NCBI GenBank assembly: GCA_035493835.1
Contig: DATJHO010000052.1
Coordinates: 1,497-65,496 of the forward strand
Reading direction: 5' to 3'
From: Devosiaceae bacterium
Lineage (GTDB): Bacteria > Pseudomonadota > Alphaproteobacteria > Rhizobiales > Devosiaceae
Length of the DNA stretch: 64,000 nucleotides
Shown piece by piece: positions 26,401-38,759 of the stretch (position 1 is its first letter; the number at the start of each line of letters is the position of its first letter). The notes beneath the pieces are model-generated. The model searched no databases. It was not told the origin of the DNA and saw only the letters and a program-made list of their open reading frames with translations. The position numbers and the translations under genes were made by a program.

Positions 26401-27174
26401 ATTCTTGTCGGCCGGCGGCGACCGTCGATAGTTGAGATCGCCGGAGAAATGCGGTCCCCCGGCCGTTGCCAGCGTCCCGTTCGCATCGACGGAAAAGCCG
26501 TTCCCGTCGGGCTGCGCAAACAGCGAGAGCTGTGCACTACCGTCGGCAGCGAACGGCCCGGCGGTCACGTGAAAGCCGTAGTGCTGCTCCCCGATCGAGC
26601 CGCCGCCGCTGAAGCCGAAGGGGCCGCGCAATGCGCCGATCGACAATTCGCCGTTGATCCCCTCGAGTGCGTATTTCCGGCCCGAAACGGCGTCCGACAC
26701 ATTGATCCTGCCGACGGAGATTTCCGCGTCGGCGACCGAGATCACGGCCTTGCTGTCGCCGCTCGCGAGGTTCAGCCCGGTATTGAGGCTGCCATCGGGT
26801 TCAATCTGCAAATCGAGCACCGGATGATCCAGCACCAGCCGGGTCATCGTGTAGCGGTCGCGCAGAAAATCCATCAGCGAAAAATCGGCGTCCGCCGAAT
26901 TGATCGAGATGACGGGGCGCCCGGCATCCCCCACCGCCACGTCCTTCAGTTCAAGATGGGGTTGCGGCAGCAGCAGGAAGTGGATGTCGCCATTGATCTT
27001 GACGTCGGCGCCGAGCGCCTGGCCCGCGAGCATTTCCATGCGGCCGCGATAATTGCCCCAGGGCACCAGGTTCGGCACGATGAATGCCGCAGCCAGCACG
27101 ACGATGGCGACGATGCCGACGACAATGTAGAGGCGGTTCAGCACCTTGCATGAATCTCCGGCAGCCCGCGGCAC
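23431..27174 (-). CDS. AsmA-family envelope protein with an Ala/Lys-rich C-terminal tail
   Basis: 1247 aa. N-terminal anchor LNRLYIVVGIVAIVVLAAAFIVP followed by LAGQALGADVKINGDIHFLLLPQPHLELKDVAV (AsmA N-domain). Long beta-rich body. Last about 110 aa are KKAAADAA-type repeats. GTG start; an alternative GTG lies at 27144. Confidence 0.8.
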   Translation of the reverse strand: MPRAAGDSCKVLNRLYIVVGIVAIVVLAAAFIVPNLVPWGNYRGRMEMLAGQALGADVKINGDIHFLLLPQPHLELKDVAVGDAGRPVISINSADADFSLMDFLRDRYTMTRLVLDHPVLDLQIEPDGSLNTGLNLASGDSKAVISVADAEISVGRINVSDAVSGRKYALEGINGELSIGALRGPFGFSGGGSIGEQHYGFHVTAGPFAADGSAQLSLFAQPDGNGFSVDANGTLATAGGPHFSGDLNYRRSPPADKNPNNVIGDLTLAGKLDATPARMALADFTLVPDENRAVTRLTGSATVDFGPTPSFAATLTGGALDMPPRDATTEQGPQPYELVRMLGELPAVPVPPIAGTVSVSADELGLRSFALQKVGLLASTDASKWSIKRFSGQLPGGSNVLLSGDLNAPDGRPNFSGTLSIATDRLDTLATLWRKPAPDNPLFNMPGSFQSKVSLLGQTMALTDGQLTLDGVTHSLTALVTFGAQRRIDLSGQFKDVSAEDSAALLALLPDLQQDASAPLTFPQGAVSLTANSATLFGLPGRGLALEGKWGDGAVEISKFAAADLGGADVDLSLALSGTMTAPRIAGDGDVKIGANGGPALDRLFDMLGTPRPVRTLLARSLPVDLKAHLDKPEDNGGQGLSLSGKAGAADATLVAQLRGGIGRVLSAPISATLDLRSADPRALTAQLGLGDVSLLSDSAPLKLSASIDGDPGATLKTTLDLVGGSDSIAFDGDVTPGDLSAMSGSGKLKVALSDSSVLAADAGIVGIDTPPLQGSADLKFTAGRSIALDNIAGQSKNTGFSGNLALNGDSKGAVASGALSIDSIDAAALAAAVGGPTSLITSAGQRWPDGPLAIGDTPRTTTGQIDIKTPAVTFGGRPLINDASFGFDWSATNVGVNGFAGKLGGGTVSFDVGLCCAGSVADKDVTGQASLKGVATAALLPPASAATVSGSVDGSVRFNGSGDSIAAVLSGLAGDGSFAVSDLKLQHFDPEAFAAIAAIDNIAELDPKDLTSKVSAALDQGPFGAPKVSGGLTIAGGTVRVSNVSAGTPAARLFGGVTLKLADLSLGGGFALTPVGTLDKAGLVSETTSRVTANLSGTLLAPKRSLDVASMVDAVKMKALEVEVARLEALKAQDDARAKASAQANKETAEDQAAQQLADQKAAAAAAATEARQAAADAAAKKAAADAAQKKADADAAAKKADAAAAQQAAADAAAKKAAADETAKQSPPVPATPPLELGLPQAPFF

Positions 27175-27417
27175 ACTAGAGCGCGCTCGGAACGGTCAGT
27201 ACCATTTTTGTACGTGGAAAAAGCGTCAGCTCAACCAGTTGGCAACACTTTTCCTTGCGCACGGAGAATTCGGACACCGAACTTCCCGGTCCCGCATCGC
27301 CTGGGGCTGGTTTTGGAACGCTCCGGCGACGCCTTGGGCCGCCCCTCGCATGTACAGGACCGAGCTTGGCGCCTATATAGGAGACGATGAGAACAAATCC
27401 AGATTCGAATCGGGTAC

Positions 27418-29754
27418 ATGGCCGCTGAACCGCAACGCATAGAGGCGCGACGCGAGGGGCCGATCACCGGCCAGTTCGGCCGGCGGGACGCCACTTACCT
27501 CGATGGCCTCAACCCCGAGCAGCGCGACGCGGTGCTGACGATCGACGGCCCCTTGCTGGTGCTGGCCGGTGCCGGCACGGGCAAGACGCGCGTGCTGACG
27601 ACCCGCATTGCCCACATTCTTTCGACCCGCAAGGCGCGCGGCGGCGAAATTCTCGCCGTCACCTTCACCAACAAGGCCGCGCGCGAAATGAAGGAGCGCG
27701 TCGGAAGTCTCGTCGGCTCGGGCGTCGAGGGCATGCCCTGGCTCGGCACATTTCACTCGATCGGCGCGCGCATTATCCGCCGCAACGCCGAGCTGGTCGG
27801 GCTGAAATCCGATTTCACCATCCTCGACACCGACGACCAGATCCGGCTGATCAAGCAGCTGATCGAGGTGGAAAACCTCGATGAGAAGCGCTGGCCGGCC
27901 CGCCAGTTTGCCGGGCTCATGGACAATTGGAAGAACCGCGGCCTGCTGCCCAAGGACATTTCGGCCGCCGAGGCGAGCCAGTTCGCCAATGGCCGTGGGC
28001 AAAAACTCTACCAGGCCTATCAAGACCGGTTGAAGGCCCTGAACGCCGCCGATTTCGGCGACCTGCTGCTCGAAGGCATTCGGCTGTTCCGCGAAAACCC
28101 GAGCGTACTTGCCGAATATCACGAGCGCTTCCGCTACATGCTGGTCGACGAATACCAGGACAGCAATGTCGCCCAATACCTCTGGCTGCGCTTGCTGGCA
28201 CAGGGAAAACCCGCGAGCGAGGCCAATATCTGCGTCGTTGGCGACGACGACCAGTCGATCTATGGCTGGCGCGGCGCCGAGGTGGACAACATCCTCCGGT
28301 TCGAGAAGGATTTTCCCGGCGCCAAGGTGATCCGGCTGGAGCGCAATTACCGCTCGACCTCCAACATCCTCGCCGCCGCCAGCCACCTCATCGCCCACAA
28401 TGAGAGCCGCCTCGGCAAGACCTTGCAGACCGATGTCGGCGAAAAAGGCGAGCTTCTCGGCGTCACCTCCGTCTGGGATTCCGAGGAGGAAGCCCGCCAG
28501 GTTGGCGAGGAGATCGAGCAGTACCAGCGCCGGGGCGAAGACCTCAACTCAATGGCGATCCTGGTCCGCGCCTCCTTCCAGATGCGCGAGTTCGAAGAGC
28601 GCTTCATCACGCTCGGCCTCAATTATCGGGTGATCGGCGGTCCGCGCTTTTACGAGCGCCGCGAGATCCGCGATGCGCTGGCCTATCTGCGCCTCACCGT
28701 GCAGCCGGCCGATGACCTCGCCTTCGAGCGCATCATCAACACGCCCAAGCGCGGTATCGGCGATTCGACGCTGAAACTGCTGTTCGATACCGCTCGCGCG
28801 CAGCAGCAGCCTTTGCTCGCCGCCACTCGCATGCTGGTCGAGACCGAGGAACTGAAGCCCAAGCAGCGCACGACGCTGCGCGATCTCGTCGGCCAGTTCG
28901 ACGATTGGGCCGAGCGCAGCCGGCACATCCCGCACAACGAACTCGCCGAGCAGATCCTCGACGAGAGCGGCTACACCGCCATGTGGCAGGCCGACAAATC
29001 GCCCGATTCCCCTGGCCGGCTGGAAAACCTCAAGGAACTTGTCCGCTCCATGGAAGAGTTCGAAACGCTCGGCGGCTTCCTCGAACACATCGCCCTGGTG
29101 ATGGACCGCGACAGCAACGACGCTGCCGACGCGGTCTCGATCATGACGCTGCACTCGGCCAAGGGCCTCGAGTTCAACACCGTGTTCCTCCCCGGCTGGG
29201 AAGAAGGCCTGTTCCCCAGCCAGCGGACGCTCGACGAAGGCGGCCGCGCCGGGCTCGAGGAGGAGCGGCGCCTCGCCTATGTCGGCCTCACCCGCGCCAG
29301 GAAACGCCTGCGGCTGTTTGTGGCGCAGAACCGCCGTGTCCGCGGCCTGTGGCAGGCGGCCATCCCCTCCCGTTTCCTCGACGAATTGCCGCCCTCGGCG
29401 GTCGAGGTGAAAGACACCGGCTCGTCCTATGGCGGCTATGGCTATGGCGGGCGCACCGCCGGCCGCTTCAATGCCGGCGACCCGTTCGACAGCGCCTATG
29501 AGACGCCCGGCTGGCAGCGCGCCCGCGCCCAGCAGGCCAACCGCCGCTCGCCCGGCCCGCTGACCATCGACGGCGATCTCGTCGCCCGCTCGGTCGACGA
29601 CGGCCGCGGCTCCCGCTATTCGACCGGCGAGCGGGTCTTCCACCAAAAATTCGGCTATGGCACCATCGCCGCCGTGGAAGGCAACAAGCTCTCGATCGAT
29701 TTCGAGCAAACGGGGCGCAAGAAGGTGCTCGACAGCTTCATCAGCAAGGGGTGA
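27418..29754 (+). CDS. uvrD: ATP-dependent DNA helicase II (UvrD/PcrA/Rep superfamily 1)
   Basis: VLAGAGTGKTRVLT Walker A, MLVDEYQDSN, VGDDDQSIYGWRGA, NYRST, TLHSAKGLEF and AYVGLTRAR helicase motifs. Confidence 0.95.
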   Translation: MAAEPQRIEARREGPITGQFGRRDATYLDGLNPEQRDAVLTIDGPLLVLAGAGTGKTRVLTTRIAHILSTRKARGGEILAVTFTNKAAREMKERVGSLVGSGVEGMPWLGTFHSIGARIIRRNAELVGLKSDFTILDTDDQIRLIKQLIEVENLDEKRWPARQFAGLMDNWKNRGLLPKDISAAEASQFANGRGQKLYQAYQDRLKALNAADFGDLLLEGIRLFRENPSVLAEYHERFRYMLVDEYQDSNVAQYLWLRLLAQGKPASEANICVVGDDDQSIYGWRGAEVDNILRFEKDFPGAKVIRLERNYRSTSNILAAASHLIAHNESRLGKTLQTDVGEKGELLGVTSVWDSEEEARQVGEEIEQYQRRGEDLNSMAILVRASFQMREFEERFITLGLNYRVIGGPRFYERREIRDALAYLRLTVQPADDLAFERIINTPKRGIGDSTLKLLFDTARAQQQPLLAATRMLVETEELKPKQRTTLRDLVGQFDDWAERSRHIPHNELAEQILDESGYTAMWQADKSPDSPGRLENLKELVRSMEEFETLGGFLEHIALVMDRDSNDAADAVSIMTLHSAKGLEFNTVFLPGWEEGLFPSQRTLDEGGRAGLEEERRLAYVGLTRARKRLRLFVAQNRRVRGLWQAAIPSRFLDELPPSAVEVKDTGSSYGGYGYGGRTAGRFNAGDPFDSAYETPGWQRARAQQANRRSPGPLTIDGDLVARSVDDGRGSRYSTGERVFHQKFGYGTIAAVEGNKLSIDFEQTGRKKVLDSFISKG

Positions 29755-29757
29755 CGG

Positions 29758-30282
29758 TTGCTCTACGTGGTCTGCTATCCGGTCCTGGCCCCGGCCGATT
29801 TGGCAGCGATCGAGGCATTCAGGCATCGCCACGAGCCGCGCCGCGCGAAAGCCATCCTGCCGCACGTGACGCTGGTGTTCGGCGCCGGCGCCATTCCCGA
29901 GGACGAACTGGTCGGCCGGCTTTTCGACGAAGCCTCGACGACCGCCCCCTTCCCGCTGACGCTCGATAGTCCCGAGCCCTACCGCGATCCCCTGCGGGGT
30001 GAACGCAAGGTGTTCCTCAAGGTGAAGGGCGGCCGCGAGCAGGTGAAGCGGCTCTATCGCGCGCTCAATCGCGACGCCCCGCTCGCCCCCTACGCGTTCG
30101 ATCCGCATATGACGATCGCCAGCCCCGAGAGCGAGGGCGCGCTTGCCACCGCGGTTTCCGAGGCCGCGAGCCTGCCGGTCCCCATCAGCGCCATGGCGAC
30201 AGCGCTCCAACTCCTGCGCTTCGACGGCGACCGTATCGTGCCGCTCGGGGAATTTGCCTTTGGTCCGCAGCCCGGACCCTAG
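29758..30282 (+). CDS. 2H phosphoesterase superfamily protein (LigT / 2'-5' RNA ligase-like)
   Basis: Two H-x-T-x motifs (PHVTLVF and PHMTIAS) about 70 residues apart. TTG start 3 nt after the uvrD stop, with an AAGGGG SD. Confidence 0.6.
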   Translation: MLYVVCYPVLAPADLAAIEAFRHRHEPRRAKAILPHVTLVFGAGAIPEDELVGRLFDEASTTAPFPLTLDSPEPYRDPLRGERKVFLKVKGGREQVKRLYRALNRDAPLAPYAFDPHMTIASPESEGALATAVSEAASLPVPISAMATALQLLRFDGDRIVPLGEFAFGPQPGP

Positions 30283-30350
30283 CGCCGTTGAGCTTCTAAT
30301 ACTGCGGAACACACGCCCTCCCTCGGATGAGGCAGTGCCTCTCCCCCATC

Positions 30351-30450
30351 GTCATTCCCGGGCTTGACCCGGGGACCCATGCAGCCTTGTGCCCACCTGA
30401 GAGGAACGGGCGCGGCATCATGGGTGGCCGGGTCAAGCCCGGGCATGACG
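30351..30450. repeat. Family B REP doublet
   Basis: GTCATTCCCGGGCTTGACCCGGGGACCCATGC (30351-30382) and CATCATGGGTGGCCGGGTCAAGCCCGGGCATGACG (30416-30450) are inverted arms around 33 nt. Confidence 0.8.
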
Positions 30451-30566
30451 AAGGAGAGGGGAGCGCCTCGTCTCAAAGCCCCGTTGGAAACTCAGCCTGC
30501 GCCCAAAACATTGACTTCGCCCCCTCTACCGGCAACAACGCCAAAGCCCCCAGCCCGGATCCGCCA

Positions 30567-31436
30567 ATGCCCCTTTCGCAGCTCTCCGTTCCCCTCACCA
30601 AGGCTCAGGCCTATGCCCTCGTCGATGCCGTGATGGAGCGCGATGATCTGGCGATCACGGCTTCCGCGCACGAAAACGAAGAAACGGGCGAGTGGATTTT
30701 CGAGGCGACCTGCGAGGCCCAGCCCGACCTTGAAGGGTTCTCCGCACTGGCGCGGCAAACTCTTGGCGGGGACGTCGCATTTTCCGTCGAGCCGATCGAT
30801 CCCGAGGTCAATTGGGTAGCCAAGTCGCTGGAAGGACTGGCTCCGGTCACCGCCGGCGGCTTTTATGTCTATGGCAGCCACGAAACGGGGCCCGTGCCCG
30901 CCGGCCTCACCGGCCTCCGGATCGATGCCGCCCAGGCCTTTGGCACCGGCCACCATGAAACCACGACCGGCTGCCTTGAGGCCATTGATCGCACGCTGAA
31001 GCGCGTCCGGCCGCGCGCGCCCCTCGATATCGGCACCGGCACCGGCGTCCTCGCCATTGCGATCGCCAAGCGTATCCACATCTCCGTTATCGCCAGCGAC
31101 ATCGACCCGATCGCGGTCGAAACCGCCGCTCAGAACGCCAAGGACAACGGCGTTGGCCGCCATATCCTTGCGGTCGAAGCGGCCGGGCTCGAACACCGCA
31201 GCATCGCCCGGCACGCGCCTTACGACCTGATCGTCGCCAACATCCTCGCCGGGCCGCTGCAGAGCCTCGCCCCGGCCGTCGGCCGCGCCGCGGCGCGCAG
31301 CGCAACCATCATCCTGTCAGGCATTCTCAACGAGCAGGCCGCGCGCGTGATCGCCGCCTACCAGCGCCAATCCATGGTGCTGCGGCACCGGATCATCAAG
31401 AAGGAATGGACGACGCTGATGCTGGAAAAGCTCTGA
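30567..31436 (+). CDS. prmA: Ribosomal protein L11 methyltransferase
   Basis: IDAAQAFGTGHHETTTGCLEAID, DIGTGTGVLAIAIAK and ASDIDPIAVETA SAM-MTase motifs. Start trimmed past the REP-derived extension to ATG 30567. Confidence 0.85.
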   Translation: MPLSQLSVPLTKAQAYALVDAVMERDDLAITASAHENEETGEWIFEATCEAQPDLEGFSALARQTLGGDVAFSVEPIDPEVNWVAKSLEGLAPVTAGGFYVYGSHETGPVPAGLTGLRIDAAQAFGTGHHETTTGCLEAIDRTLKRVRPRAPLDIGTGTGVLAIAIAKRIHISVIASDIDPIAVETAAQNAKDNGVGRHILAVEAAGLEHRSIARHAPYDLIVANILAGPLQSLAPAVGRAAARSATIILSGILNEQAARVIAAYQRQSMVLRHRIIKKEWTTLMLEKL

Positions 31437-31508
31437 CGGGTCGCGAGAGCTTGGGAGACGTGCTGCAAGTGCGGCGTGGGCATCAGGTCGCACCCTTCGC
31501 CACATCGC

Positions 31509-31607
31509 CATCCCCGGGCTTGACCCGGGGACCCATGCTGCCTTTCCAATAGCTTCGGCGGACTTGGCGAGGCATCATGGGTGACCGGGTCAAGCCCGGC
31601 AATGACG
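31509..31607. repeat. Family B REP doublet
   Basis: CATCCCCGGGCTTGACCCGGGGACCCATGC (31509-31538) and CATCATGGGTGACCGGGTCAAGCCCGGCAATGACG (31573-31607). About 60 nt of 5' flank (CTTGGGAGACGTGCTGC...CTTCGCCACATC) is shared with the copy at 33935-34008. Confidence 0.8.
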
Positions 31608-31707
31608 CGGCAGCGCGGTGAATGTTTTAACTCAACGGGATCGCGCTCCAGGGACCCGGTGCCAGACGGAAGCCCTTGTCACCCCGAGGAACACCCTTGC
31701 ATCGAGC

Positions 31708-31740
31708 AAAAAAAATCCCCGAACAAGTGGGCCCGGGGAT
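31708..31740 (-). terminator. Rho-independent terminator
   Basis: Minus strand reads AUCCCCG-(12-nt loop)-CGGGGAU followed by U8. Confidence 0.7.
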
Positions 31741-31795
31741 CGCGAATCCTGCCTGCATGGGCGGAGGATTGCATTGGCGCACGGGGCGCCGAAAG

Positions 31796-31927
31796 TCAGG
31801 GGCGCTTGGTTACCGCGCCAATCAACTGGTGCTGCCGGCGAAAGCCGATCTGCGGTCCGGCCTCGCGGGCGCGTACATCGACGATCGCGCTCAACGCCTT
31901 GCGAAAATTGTTCTTGCTCTGGCCCAT
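31796..31927 (-). CDS. Unannotated small ORF (43 aa), unknown function
   Basis: Below the 60-aa track cutoff. ATG 31925-31927 is preceded by a TTGGAG SD at 8-9 nt. Peptide MGQSKNNFRKALSAIVDVRAREAGPQIGFRRQHQLIGAVTKRP. Stop at 31796-31798, terminator 55 nt downstream. Confidence 0.4.
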   Translation of the reverse strand: MGQSKNNFRKALSAIVDVRAREAGPQIGFRRQHQLIGAVTKRP

Positions 31928-32070
31928 CAGGGCGCTCCAATTCAAAGGAAACTTCGATGCCAAAGCATCACGAATGGGTAATTAGTATAATGCCGGCCCT
32001 GCCGGTAGAGGCTCCGCAACAAGCCAGCCATGCCGAATGTGCAAGGCACGCCAAGGAAAGCTGAATCGAT

Positions 32071-33894
32071 ATGGCCGACGCGTTCTCCCCCACCCGCTTC
32101 CAAAGCTTCGAGAACAAGAGTGATCGGGGAGCGGTAGCCCCCCGGGTGCAGGCGCTGCGGCAGGAAATCGCCGCCGCCGGGCTCGATGCCTTCCTCATCC
32201 CCCGCGCCGATGCGCACCGCAATGAATCGGTGCCGCCGAGCGAAGCCCGGCTCGCCTATGTCACTGGTTTCACCGGTTCGGCGGGGCTGGCGATCCTCGG
32301 CATGAAGCACGGCGGCCTGTTCGTCGACAGCCGCTATACCTTGCAGGCGCCCGCCCAGACCGACACGAAAATGTTCGAAGTGTTCGAGGCCCCTCCCGCT
32401 TCGCTCGCCGACGAGATCGGCCGCTTCGTGCCCAAGGGTGGCAAGATCGGCTACGATCCGTGGCTGCACACGCCGGGCGAGATCAAAGAGCTGGAGCAAA
32501 AGCTCGACGGCAAGGCGGTGCTAATCCAGACGGAAAACCTCGTCGACCGCATCTGGTCCGATCGTCCGGCCTCACCGGCCAGCGCTATCGAGTTTTTGGG
32601 CGACAACCGCACCGGTAAATCCGCCGCCGACAAGCTCGCCGACCTTCGCGGCGCCCTCGCCCAGGAAAACGCCGACGCCGCCGTGCTGACGCTGCCGGAA
32701 TCGATCTGCTGGCTGTTCAACATGCGCGGCCGCGATACGCCCAACACCCCCTTCGTCCTCGGTTATGCCATCGTGCCGCAGAAGGGCACGCCGACGCTGT
32801 TTCTCGACAAACCGCGCATTGATGCGGAGCTGAAATCCGGACTCGACGGCGTCGCCAAGCTGGCCGACACCGAAACCCTGGTTGCCGCGCTCCGGCGGCT
32901 CGGGGCGGCCGACAAGCGCGTGCTCATCGACCCCGCGAGCGTTCCGGCTGCGATTGCCAAGGCGCTCGATGGCGCCGGCGCCGTGCTGGTCGAAAAGCGC
33001 GATCCAGTGCTGCTGCCAAAAGCACGGAAAAACGCGGCCGAGATCGGCGGCATGCGCGAGGCGCATCGCCTCGATGGCGTGGCGATGGCCAAGTTCCTCA
33101 GCTGGTTCGATGGCGAGGCGCCCAAGGGCGAACTGACGGAAATCGACATCGTCACCGCGCTCGAAGCCTTCCGCCGCGAGGAGCCGTCGGTGGTGGATGC
33201 GAGCTTCGATACCATTGCAGGGGCGGGTCCGAACGGCGCGATCGTCCATTATCGGGTCACCAATGAGACGAACCGCCGGCTCAATGCCGGAGAACTGATG
33301 CTGGTCGACAGCGGCGCGCAATATCTCGCTGGGACCACCGACATCACCCGCACGCTCTCGACCGGCCCCGCCACTGACGAGCAGAAGGACCGTTTTACCC
33401 GCGTGCTAAAGGGCATGATCGGCATCGCCACGGCGCGGTTCCCCCGCGGCACCTCAGGCGCCCAGCTCGACATCCTCGCCCGCCAGCATCTCTGGCAGGC
33501 CGGCGTCACCTATAGCCACGGCACCGGCCACGGTGTGGGTGCATTCCTTGCCGTGCACGAAGGTCCGATCGGCATCTCCCCGCGCTACACCCAGGCGCTG
33601 GAGCCCGGCATGATCGTCTCGGACGAACCCGGCTACTACAAGGCCGACGGCTTTGGCATCCGGATCGAAAACCTGGTGCTGGTGACCGAAAGCGGCATCG
33701 GCGACGGCAAATATCTCGAGTTCGAAACGCTGACCCTCGCGCCGATCGACACGCGGCTCATCGCTCGGGAACTCCTGACCGACGCCGAGCGCGACTGGCT
33801 CAACGCCTACCACGCCCGGGTTTTGAAAGAAATCGGCCCGCTGGTCGAGGGCAGGGTCAAAGCCTGGCTGGAGCAGGCGACGAAAGGGATTTAG
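32071..33894 (+). CDS. pepP: Xaa-Pro aminopeptidase (aminopeptidase P, M24B family)
   Basis: 607 aa. N-terminal creatinase-like domains. LVDSGAQYLAGTTDITRT, HGTGHGVGAFLAVHEGP and SDEPGYY...GIRIENLV metal-ligand motifs. Confidence 0.85.
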   Translation: MADAFSPTRFQSFENKSDRGAVAPRVQALRQEIAAAGLDAFLIPRADAHRNESVPPSEARLAYVTGFTGSAGLAILGMKHGGLFVDSRYTLQAPAQTDTKMFEVFEAPPASLADEIGRFVPKGGKIGYDPWLHTPGEIKELEQKLDGKAVLIQTENLVDRIWSDRPASPASAIEFLGDNRTGKSAADKLADLRGALAQENADAAVLTLPESICWLFNMRGRDTPNTPFVLGYAIVPQKGTPTLFLDKPRIDAELKSGLDGVAKLADTETLVAALRRLGAADKRVLIDPASVPAAIAKALDGAGAVLVEKRDPVLLPKARKNAAEIGGMREAHRLDGVAMAKFLSWFDGEAPKGELTEIDIVTALEAFRREEPSVVDASFDTIAGAGPNGAIVHYRVTNETNRRLNAGELMLVDSGAQYLAGTTDITRTLSTGPATDEQKDRFTRVLKGMIGIATARFPRGTSGAQLDILARQHLWQAGVTYSHGTGHGVGAFLAVHEGPIGISPRYTQALEPGMIVSDEPGYYKADGFGIRIENLVLVTESGIGDGKYLEFETLTLAPIDTRLIARELLTDAERDWLNAYHARVLKEIGPLVEGRVKAWLEQATKGI

Positions 33895-33980
33895 CCATCA
33901 TCCGCCTGAGTTGACACAGATCGCGAACGCTTGGGCGAGGTGCTGCCGACGGCATTTGGCCGGCTCCCTCGCCACATCTT

Positions 33981-34008
33981 CATCCCGGGCTTGACCCGGG
34001 GGGACCCC
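33981..34008. repeat. Family B REP unit, single arm
   Basis: CATCCCGGGCTTGACCCGGGGGGACCCC. No intact partner arm is seen. Confidence 0.6.
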
Positions 34009-34122
34009 AATCTGCCTTTCCACGAGCCGGGTGGTCCTCGCCGCACACCGCAGTGATCCCTAGTCCGAGGCCGACCGGCCGCGTCTCACCACCAAAATTG
34101 CCGGCCAGATGCGTTGGGCGAA

Positions 34123-34677
34123 CTATTGCCCTTGCGGCGGCGTCGGGGCGTCATCCCCCCCACCCTGGTCCGAACCATCGCCATCCTGCCCCGAGGAATC
34201 GCCCGAGCCGGAATCGTCGGGCGCGAGCAGCGTGGTCAGCCGCCAGGTCGAGCCGGGGGTCAGCGATTCGATGTCGTTGATCTTCCAGCCACCGCCTTCC
34301 CTGACGAGGTGATAGACCAGCGATTGCGGATCGTTGAAATTCTTGAAGGTCACCGGCACGCTGACGCCCTCGCCCTCGGGGGCCGGATCGCCGATCTTCA
34401 GCTCGCTGAGCTGATAATCCTGGCCGTTGACGAAGACATCGAAATCGACCGGCCCCACGTCATCGGCGGGCGTGTTCGCCTCGGCCGCGGCGAATTGGGC
34501 GTTGAGGTCGCTGGAATAGAGCAGGTTGGTGTCGTCCGCGAACTTGCCGGTCGCATAGGGTGCGTAGGCAAACTCCAGCAGCGCCTTGGGCGTATCGAAA
34601 ACCGGCACCTTGGGGGCGGCCAAAACCGGCGTGAGCAACAGCAGGACCAGGCCGACGGCCGCCACCAGAATACGCAC
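34123..34677 (-). CDS. Secreted protein, DUF3828-like, with an acidic Gly/Ser/Asp tail
   Basis: GTG 34675-34677 has a strong AAGGAG SD 8 nt upstream. Signal peptide VRILVAAVGLVLLLLTPVLAAP. FDVFVNGQDYQLSELKI...LVREGGGWKINDIE pattern. The longer track ORF would overlap ligA. Confidence 0.5.
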   Translation of the reverse strand: MRILVAAVGLVLLLLTPVLAAPKVPVFDTPKALLEFAYAPYATGKFADDTNLLYSSDLNAQFAAAEANTPADDVGPVDFDVFVNGQDYQLSELKIGDPAPEGEGVSVPVTFKNFNDPQSLVYHLVREGGGWKINDIESLTPGSTWRLTTLLAPDDSGSGDSSGQDGDGSDQGGGDDAPTPPQGQ

Positions 34678-34771
34678 GCCCGACTCTCCTTCGAGGACAG
34701 CGCGAATCAGCGGCGCCGGCGGCAAGCTTCGCATTTCCGGCCGAAGCCGTCTGCCGCTACCTACCGTCCGA

Positions 34772-38655
<3,884 letters not shown>

Positions 38656-38734
38656 CCGGCAACCCGCTCCGTACCCTGCGCGTGGCGGAGTTCGTTGAGG
38701 TCGCCGTCACGCGCTGACGAATTTGCATGTACCA

Positions 38735-38749
38735 GAACAAACAAGCAAC
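38735..38749. promoter_or_regulatory. Candidate alphaproteobacterial LexA (SOS) box, GAAC-N7-CAAC
   Basis: GAACAAACAAGCAAC lies 80-94 nt upstream of the recN ATG. It has one mismatch to the GAAC-N7-GAAC direct-repeat SOS box described for Rhizobiales/Rhodobacter. Confidence 0.35.
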
Positions 38750-38759
38750 GCTATTTTGT

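Noticed and set aside
27196-27215. GTACCATTTTTGTAC dyad and GATTCGAATC palindrome (27402-27411) in the asmA/uvrD divergent spacer as LexA or CcrM-related sites
   Set aside because: Neither matches the GAAC-N7-GAAC SOS box. The GANTC sites are too common to interpret from a single instance.
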